64,000 bases of DNA from Desulfatiglandales bacterium (lineage in GTDB: Bacteria > Desulfobacterota > DSM-4660 > Desulfatiglandales > Desulfatiglandaceae), in the NCBI GenBank assembly GCA_963666345.1, contig OY762721.1, positions 3,232,001 through 3,296,000 of the forward strand, given 5' to 3'. Under the pieces are notes generated by a model that saw only the letters and a list, made by a program, of their open reading frames with translations, made no database searches and had not been told where the DNA came from. This document shows positions 41,219 through 49,557 of this stretch, one piece after another (positions within the stretch are counted from its first letter, which is position 1; each line of letters starts with the position of its first letter). The position numbers were made by a program, and so were the translations under genes.

Positions 41219-41400
41219 TTAATTCAGTTGTTTTGTAGTTGTTCTTATCAGGTTAAGGAATCGCAAGCTTGGCGTTCCATCTTTGGAGAATGCTTCGATT
41301 TTGCCTTCGTTAATGTCGCCTGAAAGCGTAAAGCTGTGAGTGAAATTATCATGAAAATGTTTAACTCTATGATATTGTTTGGGACTCTCTTCCTTTAAAA
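41219..41400 (-). pseudogene. Hsp20 (small heat-shock protein) C-terminal remnant
   Basis: KEESPKQYHRVKHFHDNFTHSFTLSGDINEGKIEAFSKDGT resembles the alpha-crystallin consensus YHR.ER.YG.F.RSFTLP..VD..KIEA.FKDG. Confidence 0.6.
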
Positions 41401-41753
41401 ATAAATCTAATACATTATAATTAAGGCTTAAAGTGCAGTTGTCAAGCCCAATAGGAGACAAAACATGTAAAAGGACAGATTCCAGCCTAGTTTTTTAACA
41501 ATAAAATAGTTTTAAAATGGGATATGCGCTGGATATAACAATATCAGAAAGTTTTGGTTAGAGAGCAGGAAACAACGTTTGAAACATTTGAAGATCACTG
41601 CTCAATGTTTCTGTATATCCCGGTGTCTATGAAGAAAGAAGGATTATCGAATCTTGAAATTATTCACGAACCCTTTCAAAAACCCTGTCAAATCTACCGC
41701 GCTGACCGGCTCTGCCTCTTGCAGTAGGGAAGTATGTCGAACGAAAACAGCGC

Positions 41754-42015
41754 GGCCAGAAAAGATATTGAAAAGGCCAAGGAGATACTGATGACGAAAA
41801 AGGATCTTCCGGCCGACAAGGGCTTCAGGTGGCTCCAGAAAAAGGGCATGGACACAAGACAGTCGATAAGAAAGATCGCCGAGGCGGTAATCATCTCACA
41901 GGACCTTTAGCAGGTCCCCATCCCATATAATTTCTAATGCGCTGTGCGGTGCTTTTTTCGCCGGGTTTGCAGATAGTGTCAAGGATTCTAGGACTCAAGG
42001 GGCCGAGGGGTCAAG
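41754..42015 (+). repeat. Direct repeat, right copy (ANTAR gene 3' fragment, stop at 41910)
   Basis: Matches 25342-25615 at an offset of 16412 bp in the coding part. Confidence 0.93.
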
Positions 42016-42158
42016 TGAATGACTGCATCCTCCTCCGGGATAATGGTCTGGAAAAAGACTTTCAGACAGTCCCATGCACATCGGCTCAGTTCGGACAGGA
42101 GTCGCCCGTCATAGAGGAAGGATCTCCTTACAAAGGGGGTTCTTAAAATTCCCTTCGA

Positions 42159-42875
42159 TCACTTGAAATACTTGTTGTGCTGCTCGGCTTTGAGTAGATC
42201 GTAGAATGGCTTGGTGTAGGTGATCTTGAGGTTGTCTTTTTTGGGGATGATTTCACCATTTTTCCCGACTTCATAATTGCCTGAGTGATTGAAGACATAA
42301 CGCAGTGTCAGGTCATTGCGCTCGGTTAGACGTAGGACTTTGAAGCTTGCATTGTCGTAGACCAAAGGTTCGGATCTGGGTGTGGGATAGTAGAGCAGTA
42401 CCATATGGCCCTGATTGTAAAGATGGTCGTCTGTCGCCCCCATGTAAAGCTTGTCCATGCTGACGCCCAGATCAAGCAGTGTGAAGTATTTGGTGATAGC
42501 ATACTCTTCACAATCCCCCAGACCTCGAAGAAGAAACTGCTCCCGCGTCAGCCACTTGTCATCCTCGCCCCACACCAGGCCGTCATGTTCGGAAACATAC
42601 CCGTTGACGTACAGGTTGACCTTGTCCAGCAATTCCTTTTCGGGCGGTTTTTTTGCCCGTAGATCCTTCACAAAGTTTACGTAGTGTAAAACGCGATTAT
42701 AAACGATCCTGCCATATTCCTTTTTGATCGGTTCCAGGCCGTTTTGCAACTGGTAAATGTGAACGGGTGGCGTGTAAATGTGTAAGTCGCTGGCTACGGC
42801 TGGAAGTGTTGTCAGCAAAAAGAAGGGAATGAATATGGTGAGTTTCAATTTATTTGGCCCTGGATGACGTATCAA
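42159..42875 (-). CDS. Transglutaminase-like cysteine peptidase (BTLCP/LapG-like), secreted
   Basis: Signal peptide; W...D.W.T, GDCEEYAITKYFTL, GHMVL, LVYDN (Cys-His-Asp triad). Confidence 0.85.
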   Translation of the reverse strand: MIRHPGPNKLKLTIFIPFFLLTTLPAVASDLHIYTPPVHIYQLQNGLEPIKKEYGRIVYNRVLHYVNFVKDLRAKKPPEKELLDKVNLYVNGYVSEHDGLVWGEDDKWLTREQFLLRGLGDCEEYAITKYFTLLDLGVSMDKLYMGATDDHLYNQGHMVLLYYPTPRSEPLVYDNASFKVLRLTERNDLTLRYVFNHSGNYEVGKNGEIIPKKDNLKITYTKPFYDLLKAEQHNKYFK

Positions 42876-43440
42876 TGTGTGGCATTATGGAGCAATTTCA
42901 GCGTATTTAAGGCTTAAAGGGCACCTGTTGTCAAGCCCTATCGAAATCATTCAAAATATCAGGGATGCTTCTATGGTCGGGTATCGTAAAATATCGATAT
43001 GTTCAAGAGACAAAAGATGTAACTGAAGTTGTGATATGAAAGTGACATGCAGGATAACTGCGTGGTTGTGATACGGATAGGTTGTTAAAGAGGTAAGGGC
43101 GCGCAAAATAATTTTGCCTGGTCAAACATATCAGGAATATTAAACCTGCTAAGAATATTGAAATATCTAAAACCTATGTCAATATGCATGAATAGCTGAA
43201 GATTAAAATATGTTCATATTATAATAAATATGTTATGCTTAAATTGTGTATAGAGCGATATTTAATGTCCAAGCTAAATGTCCTTGGCATTTTTGCAGTA
43301 TCTATTTTGGGATACTTACAGTTCCAGGATTCCAACCTATTGTGAAGATTTTGAAATGTTATGTTATGAGTCATGCAAGAATGTGCGCCATTGAGAAAGC
43401 CATAGAAACATGAAAGTGATGTTTGCCCTGATTTTTCCCG

Positions 43441-43760
43441 ATAAACGAGAATTTTTGCGTGATATTACGTCATATTCACCCGATCACCTATGACCAATTA
43501 TCCTTAGATAATAAAAGGGATTTTGGACAGAATAGTATAATATTTCAGTATCTTAAATTGAAACGCAGCCCTATTTTGCACATTTTTAAAGATATTGGTG
43601 CATAATTTCCTGTGTAGAAAAAGATACAAAAATGAAAGAAATTAGCCCGATAAACGAGAATTATTTCCGGATTATTGAATAAACAAGAAGAAATTCACGC
43701 TTTACCAATAAACGGGAAATAATTCTCACTACTCACTCATTATTTTTGAATAAACACCGA
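43441..43760 (+). repeat. Repeated motif ATAAAC(R)(R)GAA
   Basis: Copies at 43441, 43650, 43679, 43708 (last three spaced 29 bp apart), partial copy at 43750; CCCGATAAACGAGAATT occurs twice. Confidence 0.65.
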
Positions 43761-43768
43761 GGAGTACC

Positions 43769-44035
43769 ATGAGATCAAAAGATGAATTGATTAAAGCGTT
43801 GGGAGCTCTTCACGGGACACCAAATGCTGCAACTTGGGAAGAGGCAAAAGCTGAATTTACAGTATCTTGCCTCAATGACATCGTAAATTCAATGAGCGAA
43901 TTAAATAAAACCATACAAGACAATTCAAAATCGAATGATGCAATCGCTAATAAAGTATTCTGGCTAAACATCGTAATAGCGGCGGCGACTGTTGTTGGTT
44001 CAATTGCGACAGCGGTTATAGCATTTTCAGGGTAG
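43769..44035 (+). CDS. Cassette hypothetical protein with C-terminal TM helix
   Basis: 88 aa, GAGGAG RBS, followed by attC. Confidence 0.7.
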   Translation: MRSKDELIKALGALHGTPNAATWEEAKAEFTVSCLNDIVNSMSELNKTIQDNSKSNDAIANKVFWLNIVIAAATVVGSIATAVIAFSG

Positions 44036-44063
44036 TCTTTTATCTCGGTCTTAGAACATTAAA

Positions 44064-44193
44064 AAATAACCAGGCAATTAAGTGCGACTGGCTGTTTTCC
44101 TTGCCGATTGAAATTCAACAGTATCAAAGGTCTTCATACTTTATCGACCATCGGCGCCATTAATCAGCCAGCGCCTTATCGCCGCCGTTGGGC
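44064..44193 (+). other. attC site 1
   Basis: R'' AAATAAC, inner arms TAAG..CTGGCTG / CAGCCAG..CTTA, R' GTTGGGC. Confidence 0.8.
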
Positions 44194-44211
44194 TAAATAC
44201 GAAGGAGAAAG

Positions 44212-45114
44212 ATGAAAAAAATATTTACCATAATGCCTTTCTCTCATGAATTTCGGCAAGTCTACTCAGTGATACAAGCGGCGGCAATGGAAGCAAGCAT
44301 GTCGTTAGGTGATCAAATTGAAATTATGCAAGCAGATGAATCTATTTCCTCAAAGCCAATTGTTCAAACGGTTCTTTCAAGTCTGGATGAAGCGGACTTG
44401 ATAATTGCAGACCTTTCCCATTCTAGGCCAAATGTACTGTATGAACTTGGTGTGGCACACGGAAGGGAAAAACCAGTAATCCTGATAGGCCAAGGGTCAG
44501 ATTCGAGTATTTTTGATATTGCATCATTTTATACCTTAATTTATGACTCAACACGCATCGAGACATCATTTAAACGAAAGTTGTTTAAACAAATTATCGA
44601 TGCCATTAGTAACCCTGAAAAATTTAGCCATCCGTTCTACCGTCAAGAGCAGGGCGATATTCAAAAACCGACAGTTTTTGTTAGTTACAGTCACGCTGAT
44701 GCAGGAAGCCTTACCCGACTTCAAGTCCATTTGAGACCACTTGAAAAAGAAAACCAAATAGAGCTATGGGACGATACCAGAATTGTAGCTGGTGCTAAAT
44801 GGAAAGAAGAAATAGAGGCAGCACTGGAAAAAGCTGCAATTGCTGTATTGCTAATTAGTGCCGATTTTCTAGCATCAGACTTTGTTGTAGATAACGAATT
44901 GCCACCATTACTTCAAGCTGCAGAAGAAAAAGGTACTACAATATTGTCAGTAATATTAAAGCCCTGTCGTTTTTCGCGCGATAAAAATCTCTCTATATTT
45001 CAGGCGATTAATGACCCAAGAAAACCATTGCTTAGCCAGCCAGAACCAGAGCAGGAAGAAATGTATGCTAAGCTGGCAGAAAGAATAGAAAATGAAATCA
45101 ATGCATCAGCTTAG
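44212..45114 (+). CDS. Nucleoside 2-deoxyribosyltransferase-like domain fused to a TIR domain
   Basis: N-terminal IMPF...ADLIIADLS..RPNVLYELG.AHG..KPVILI; C-terminal VFVSYSHAD...LWDD..I.AG..W..EI..AL...VLLISADFLASDF...EL. Confidence 0.85.
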   Translation: MKKIFTIMPFSHEFRQVYSVIQAAAMEASMSLGDQIEIMQADESISSKPIVQTVLSSLDEADLIIADLSHSRPNVLYELGVAHGREKPVILIGQGSDSSIFDIASFYTLIYDSTRIETSFKRKLFKQIIDAISNPEKFSHPFYRQEQGDIQKPTVFVSYSHADAGSLTRLQVHLRPLEKENQIELWDDTRIVAGAKWKEEIEAALEKAAIAVLLISADFLASDFVVDNELPPLLQAAEEKGTTILSVILKPCRFSRDKNLSIFQAINDPRKPLLSQPEPEQEEMYAKLAERIENEINASA

Positions 45115-45203
45115 TCTGACAATCTCGTTCAGCGGGTAGCGGAAACGTCGGCCAAGATGATGCGGTAAGTTCGGGGCGCCACTTTTGACGAAAAGGGTTG
45201 GGC
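45114..45203 (+). other. attC site 2 (degenerate R'')
   Basis: GTCTGAC ... TCGTTCA / TGACGA ... GTTGGGC. Confidence 0.6.
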
Positions 45204-45219
45204 AAAAGAAGGATTCCAA

Positions 45220-46008
45220 ATGGATACTGCTTTAGGTAATAGACTCATTCAACTCCGTGCTCGAATCGTAGATGGTTTCGATGGAGGTAATTGGGAGGAA
45301 CTCGGGCTGCTTACCGGCACATCGGAATTAATTAATGGTCATCCCCGCCTTTTGAGAAGCCTCTCATGGGGTGATGAAGATTACGCTGGCAACGTTTTAA
45401 CTGTACTGAGGCGGATTGTTGAGCAGGACCCACGAACCTTGACAATCATCGAGAACTACATGGACGAGCACTTTCCAGGGGAATCAACTTACGTATCAGC
45501 CAAACCAGCTGAAAAGCGCATTACATTCGCGCCTTATGTTTTTGAAGTCCCAGATGGGTATGTTGAACTGGACCTGGTTTCCGTAATGATGCCTTTCTCA
45601 GCTGAGTTCACACCGGTATATGAGGCAATTAAACGGGCCACATCAAATTGTCGGCTTCGATGTTTACGCGCGGATGACATTTGGGAAGAGAGTACGATTG
45701 TACAAGATATCTTCAATATTATATTTCGCGCTCAGGTTGTAATTGTTGACTTTACAGGAAAGAACCCGAATGTGATGTATGAGACTGGAATCGCTCATAC
45801 ACTGGGAAAACATGTGATCCCGATTTCTCAATCACTGAACGATGTCCCTTTCGATATGCGCCATCACAGGGTATTGAAATATCTTCCTAACGCTGAAGGT
45901 CTATCAAAACTTTCGACAGATTTAGCTAAAAAACTACGACAAGTGAGTGTTGGCCCTCCATTGTCAACGCTTCCATTAAAGAGTCCAGATGCCGATACAC
46001 CATTTTAA
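45220..46008 (+). CDS. Cassette protein with an uncharacterised N-terminal domain and a C-terminal NDT-like domain
   Basis: C-terminal VMMPF...RADD...IVDFTGKNPNVMYETGIAHTLGK...PFD.RH.R; N-terminal HPRLLRSLSWGDEDY. Confidence 0.8.
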   Translation: MDTALGNRLIQLRARIVDGFDGGNWEELGLLTGTSELINGHPRLLRSLSWGDEDYAGNVLTVLRRIVEQDPRTLTIIENYMDEHFPGESTYVSAKPAEKRITFAPYVFEVPDGYVELDLVSVMMPFSAEFTPVYEAIKRATSNCRLRCLRADDIWEESTIVQDIFNIIFRAQVVIVDFTGKNPNVMYETGIAHTLGKHVIPISQSLNDVPFDMRHHRVLKYLPNAEGLSKLSTDLAKKLRQVSVGPPLSTLPLKSPDADTPF

Positions 46009-46012
46009 CAGC

Positions 46013-46230
46013 GCCCAACAATCGGATGAACTTGAGCGGGCAAAACGACGCGCCCGCCAAGTTACCCGTACAATGGCGCAGGACGCTCCGCGCCTACGCC
46101 ATTGGCCCCGCGCATTATCACCCGAATGCTGTCCGGCGCTTCGCGCCGACCATCAAGCGGCTGCAACGACGGTCGCCCACGCGAGAAAACTCGTGCGTTC
46201 GCCCGCCGCTGATCCGCGGGGCCGTTCGGT
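46013..46230 (+). other. Two tandem degenerate attC-like hairpins
   Basis: GCCCAAC..AACTTGAGCGGGC / GCCCGCCAAGTT with no R'; then AAGCGGCTGCA...CGCCGCTGATCCGC...GTTCGGT with a degenerate R''. Confidence 0.65.
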
Positions 46231-46259
46231 AACAACAGGCACAAAACCATCTGGAGTTT

Positions 46260-46940
46260 ATGATGTCATGGGATGACTATCACTATTATCAACAAGAAGC
46301 CGCCATGGAAGAATTTCTTGAGCACGAGTTGCGTCGGATTTCCGAAGAGCCAGTGTTTTATTATTTAGCGGCATATGGTGATGCGATCGAAGAGCGCGTT
46401 AAACGCTGCCTAGATCAGGCACAATCCTTGAGTGACAGGGGATACCCTGGTGCTGCTCTCACTCGTGCTGCATCAGGGATTGAAGTAACAATTCGGTTTT
46501 TTTTAGCGCGTCCTCTGGTTCAAGGTGCATTTTTATCGGACGAATGGGCAGAGCTTTTATCTCGGAAATTGTTACACGGCCGTACTGCAGATGACAGAGA
46601 ATTACTCCCTGCCATCCTCCGCAACTGGAAAATGGATATAACCAGTATCAAGTTGTCGGATGGGTCTCAAGCATGGGAACAGATAGTTAAAAAAGTGTGG
46701 CCGAGCCGCAATAGCTATGTGCACAAAGCTGACGACACTTCGAATGAAGACGCTCTTCTTGCTATTGAGTGCCTGAAGATCTTGCTCTCTCAGGTGGTAG
46801 ATCCGATCGCAAAGAAACTTGGTTTCACGCGAGAACAGACTGGGTGTTGGTCAATAGTCAATGTGGAGAATCCCCCGGATTTTCCACATCTAAATTCTCC
46901 ACGGACTTATACCCGACAAGACCCGTTCCTGCCATTGTAA
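46260..46940 (+). CDS. Cassette hypothetical protein, HEPN-like
   Basis: Helical pattern AALTRAASGIE and Rx4H motif RNSYVH. Confidence 0.6.
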   Translation: MMSWDDYHYYQQEAAMEEFLEHELRRISEEPVFYYLAAYGDAIEERVKRCLDQAQSLSDRGYPGAALTRAASGIEVTIRFFLARPLVQGAFLSDEWAELLSRKLLHGRTADDRELLPAILRNWKMDITSIKLSDGSQAWEQIVKKVWPSRNSYVHKADDTSNEDALLAIECLKILLSQVVDPIAKKLGFTREQTGCWSIVNVENPPDFPHLNSPRTYTRQDPFLPL

Positions 46941-46945
46941 GGATG

Positions 46946-47068
46946 GCACAACCATCGGGTGAACTTGAGCGGGTATAAATTGCGGTTGGCGTATTGGGCC
47001 GATTGGCCATTAGATTGGCTTTATATCAAATATTTTCTGAGCAACCCGCGAAGTTACCCGTAACGTTA
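46946..47068 (+). other. attC site 4, R' interrupted by group II intron
   Basis: R'' GCACAAC, arms AACTTGAGCGGGT / ACCCGCGAAGTT; R' is GTTA (47065-47068) plus GGC (47841-47843). Confidence 0.8.
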
Positions 47069-47840
47069 GCGCGCTAAGCGAAGCTAGGTGCATCTTGCAG
47101 GGTTAAAGTCCCTGTCGGGTAAGGGTTAGCCACCCACCCGTATCGAGTGTTGCGCCTGTGGAGGAGACGTGCGAAGCATGTCGAACAAAACAGGTGAAGC
47201 GTACACAGAGAATCATGCAGGCTGTAGGGGAGACCGTGCTCCCTGAAGTGCTGGTATCGCTTCGAGAAAAGCTTGTTCCCGGTCGCCGAGGGTTGTAACG
47301 CACGCCGAACGCAATACAAGATCATCCGTTAAAGGCGAGGATGTGAAGGACCGGCGGAGTTCTCAAGCCGTAGCATGTATGAAGAGATGTACACAAGAAC
47401 TTGGGAGGCCCACTCGACTCCTGAGGTAAATATGGGATGACGATATTGAGGCACGAAGGGGAAACCCGGACACAGGACTATGCGTAGCCCTAAGTTTGAC
47501 CTAAAGCAGGAAGGGGGACCGAAGCGGAAGTGGAGAAACCCTGGTCGTGTGGGAGTCGGATCAGGCATAGTACTCTGAGCGTGGGAAAGCCACGTACACG
47601 CCTTTACTAGGCATGGGGAAGGACCTGACGGAAGTACGCAGCCCGCAAAGGAAACTTATGCCGGACACGCAGGATCGGATTAACATAAGCAAACCTCACT
47701 GTGGGGAATAGCAATGCAGGAATTTAAACGTTAATTAAATTCGCTGTCACGGAAGCGAGTACAACCGAGGAGCCCCGTGAGGGAAAACTTCATGCGGGGA
47801 TCTGTGTGTGTGGCCGGGTAACCAGCATTCCTACCACGAC
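47069..47840 (+). ncRNA. Group II intron lacking its reverse transcriptase ORF
   Basis: 5' GCGCG (GUGYG-like); domain V GAGCCCCGTGAGGGAAAACTTCATGCGGGGATC (47770-47802); domain VI ending CCTACCACGAC; removal restores GTTAGGC. Confidence 0.88.
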
Positions 47841-47967
47841 GGCTGGCTGAGAAAGTGATATTTATTTTTTTGGTGTAGCAACACATACTTGCGACGAGGT
47901 TGCACTTCGATTTTGGCAAAAAATCAAAACAGGCTTTATAAACAACATAGCCTTTGAGGAGGTAAGA

Positions 47968-48231
47968 ATGGGCGATAGCGCAGGGAAAGCAAGAATTTTA
48001 GAAAAAAAAGGCTTTTCTTATCATTTCAGTAGAATGATTTACATAAACAGTGAAAAGAGAAAGGTTTTTAGTCACGAAGCTATTGACGACAATCCTGTTA
48101 GCTGGCTCGAAGAAAAGATTAACGAAGCAAGCGACCCAAACGATTGGCAATTTTATTTTAACGAAACCATAGATGAAGAAATCAAACGTGACGTCTTGAG
48201 AGAAATAGCTCCAACCTATGTGAGGGGTTGA
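47968..48231 (+). CDS. Small hypothetical protein (candidate antitoxin)
   Basis: 87 aa, GAGGAGG RBS, stop overlaps the next ORF start (TTGA). Confidence 0.7.
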   Translation: MGDSAGKARILEKKGFSYHFSRMIYINSEKRKVFSHEAIDDNPVSWLEEKINEASDPNDWQFYFNETIDEEIKRDVLREIAPTYVRG

Positions 48232-48881
48232 GAAACATGGATCGAGAGATACGAAATAACTTAAGGGATGAATATTTTAGGCTTCTGCCAAATATAAGAA
48301 AAATACTCGAAGAGATGGAAGCTACTATAAGCTATGCACTTGTTTCAATAAAGAAGAAACTAAAAAACCATGAACATATAGAATTGCAGTCAAGAGTAAA
48401 AGATTGTGAAAGCGCAATAAACGCGCTCAGGCCACCAGGAGGAAAATTTTCGCCAGCTAAGGCTGGGGAATATTCATTGGTCAAATTAGAAGACCTTGCC
48501 GGTGTGAGAGTCTTGGTATTTCCACGACGACTTATTGAAGAGGTCGATCAACAAATATCAATGTCTTTGCCTGGTTGGACCCATAAGCCAATTAAACGTG
48601 ATAATGCTTCAGAAGAAATATTGGTGAACAAATATTTCGGACACATAGACACTAAAAATGAAATTTATGGTGAATATCAAATTGCACCTATGTTGTTAGG
48701 ATTATTTTGGCAAGTTGAGCACGCAGTTCTTTATAAACCCAGTTCTATACTAAAAGGTATTGAGACAGATTTTTTAATTCAAGCAAAGAGAGAGGCTATT
48801 TACACGGCATTTGATGAATTTGAAAAACGATTTGAAGATATGGTCACTTTGAATATTGAAAAGGGTTATTACAAGACATAG
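48228..48881 (+). CDS. RelA/SpoT synthetase-domain protein (small alarmone synthetase-like)
   Basis: SRVKDCESA, EDLAGVRV, EYQI, FWQVEH motifs; alternative ATG at 48237. Confidence 0.78.
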   Translation: MRNMDREIRNNLRDEYFRLLPNIRKILEEMEATISYALVSIKKKLKNHEHIELQSRVKDCESAINALRPPGGKFSPAKAGEYSLVKLEDLAGVRVLVFPRRLIEEVDQQISMSLPGWTHKPIKRDNASEEILVNKYFGHIDTKNEIYGEYQIAPMLLGLFWQVEHAVLYKPSSILKGIETDFLIQAKREAIYTAFDEFEKRFEDMVTLNIEKGYYKT

Positions 48882-48980
48882 AAATGCGATTTCTAATATA
48901 AATCTCGATTGTTTGTATATGAAATGACAAATTTGATATCTTATTTTATCGCATATTTGTAACGCTTAAATCTGTTTTTT

Positions 48981-49052
48981 GCCCAACAAAGGCGTGAACC
49001 AGATTCGAAAAAGCTATCGTTTTTTTCGTCCTGGTTATGCTTGGTGTTCCAT
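48981..49052 (+). other. attC site 5
   Basis: GCCCAAC, arms AACCAG..CGAAAAA / TTTTTCG..CTGGTT, GTTCCAT. Confidence 0.7.
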
Positions 49053-49557
49053 GATAATTATCCAAGCATTGATTTGTGATTGCCTAAAAATGTCAATGAT
49101 ACCTCTTAGATACATAATTAGAAATCTGGAGCTAGAGACTTGCTGAAAATGCAAGAAACCATGAGTTCCGGATATCTAAAAGAACGTGATAAAGAGGATG
49201 ATTTATGCCTAGGTCCTGAACCTAGGAGGCAATGGAGCCAAGAGCTCGTTGGACGACTTGTGAAGGTGAAACGATGGTGTCTTATATAGAAACCATCTAT
49301 CACTCCTCCCTAAGGGTTGAAAACTGCTTAATTGCTTGTAATGCCAAAGTTTATGCCAGTTCAAAGAAGGGATGTTATGCCACGATTTTGCAATATATAG
49401 GTGTTATGAAGTAACTATATAAACATTGTTACATTTCACAACAAATGTCAAAAATTAAACAGATTTAAAGTTTGAAGTAAAATAAACCCACCCATTAAAT
49501 TCTCAATCGATAAGGTTCAACAAAATAAGTGTCATTACAAAATTTGCGGAGTGACCA

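Noticed and set aside
41694..41894. 66-aa minus-strand ORF
   Set aside because: Antisense reading of the duplicated ANTAR fragment, matching the shadow ORF at 25273-25482
43611..43760. Tn7-like transposon end
   Set aside because: Repeats are phased, but no matching opposite end, 5-bp TSD or tns genes were seen
42876..43768. Integron integrase gene or attI site
   Set aside because: No ORF of suitable size, no tyrosine recombinase motifs, and no clear GTTRRRY core before the first cassette
45989..46276. Short overlapping ORFs of 62-95 aa
   Set aside because: They run across GC-rich attC-like hairpins and are most likely spurious
47074..47919. Several short minus-strand ORFs
   Set aside because: Antisense to the group II intron RNA; no reverse transcriptase motifs
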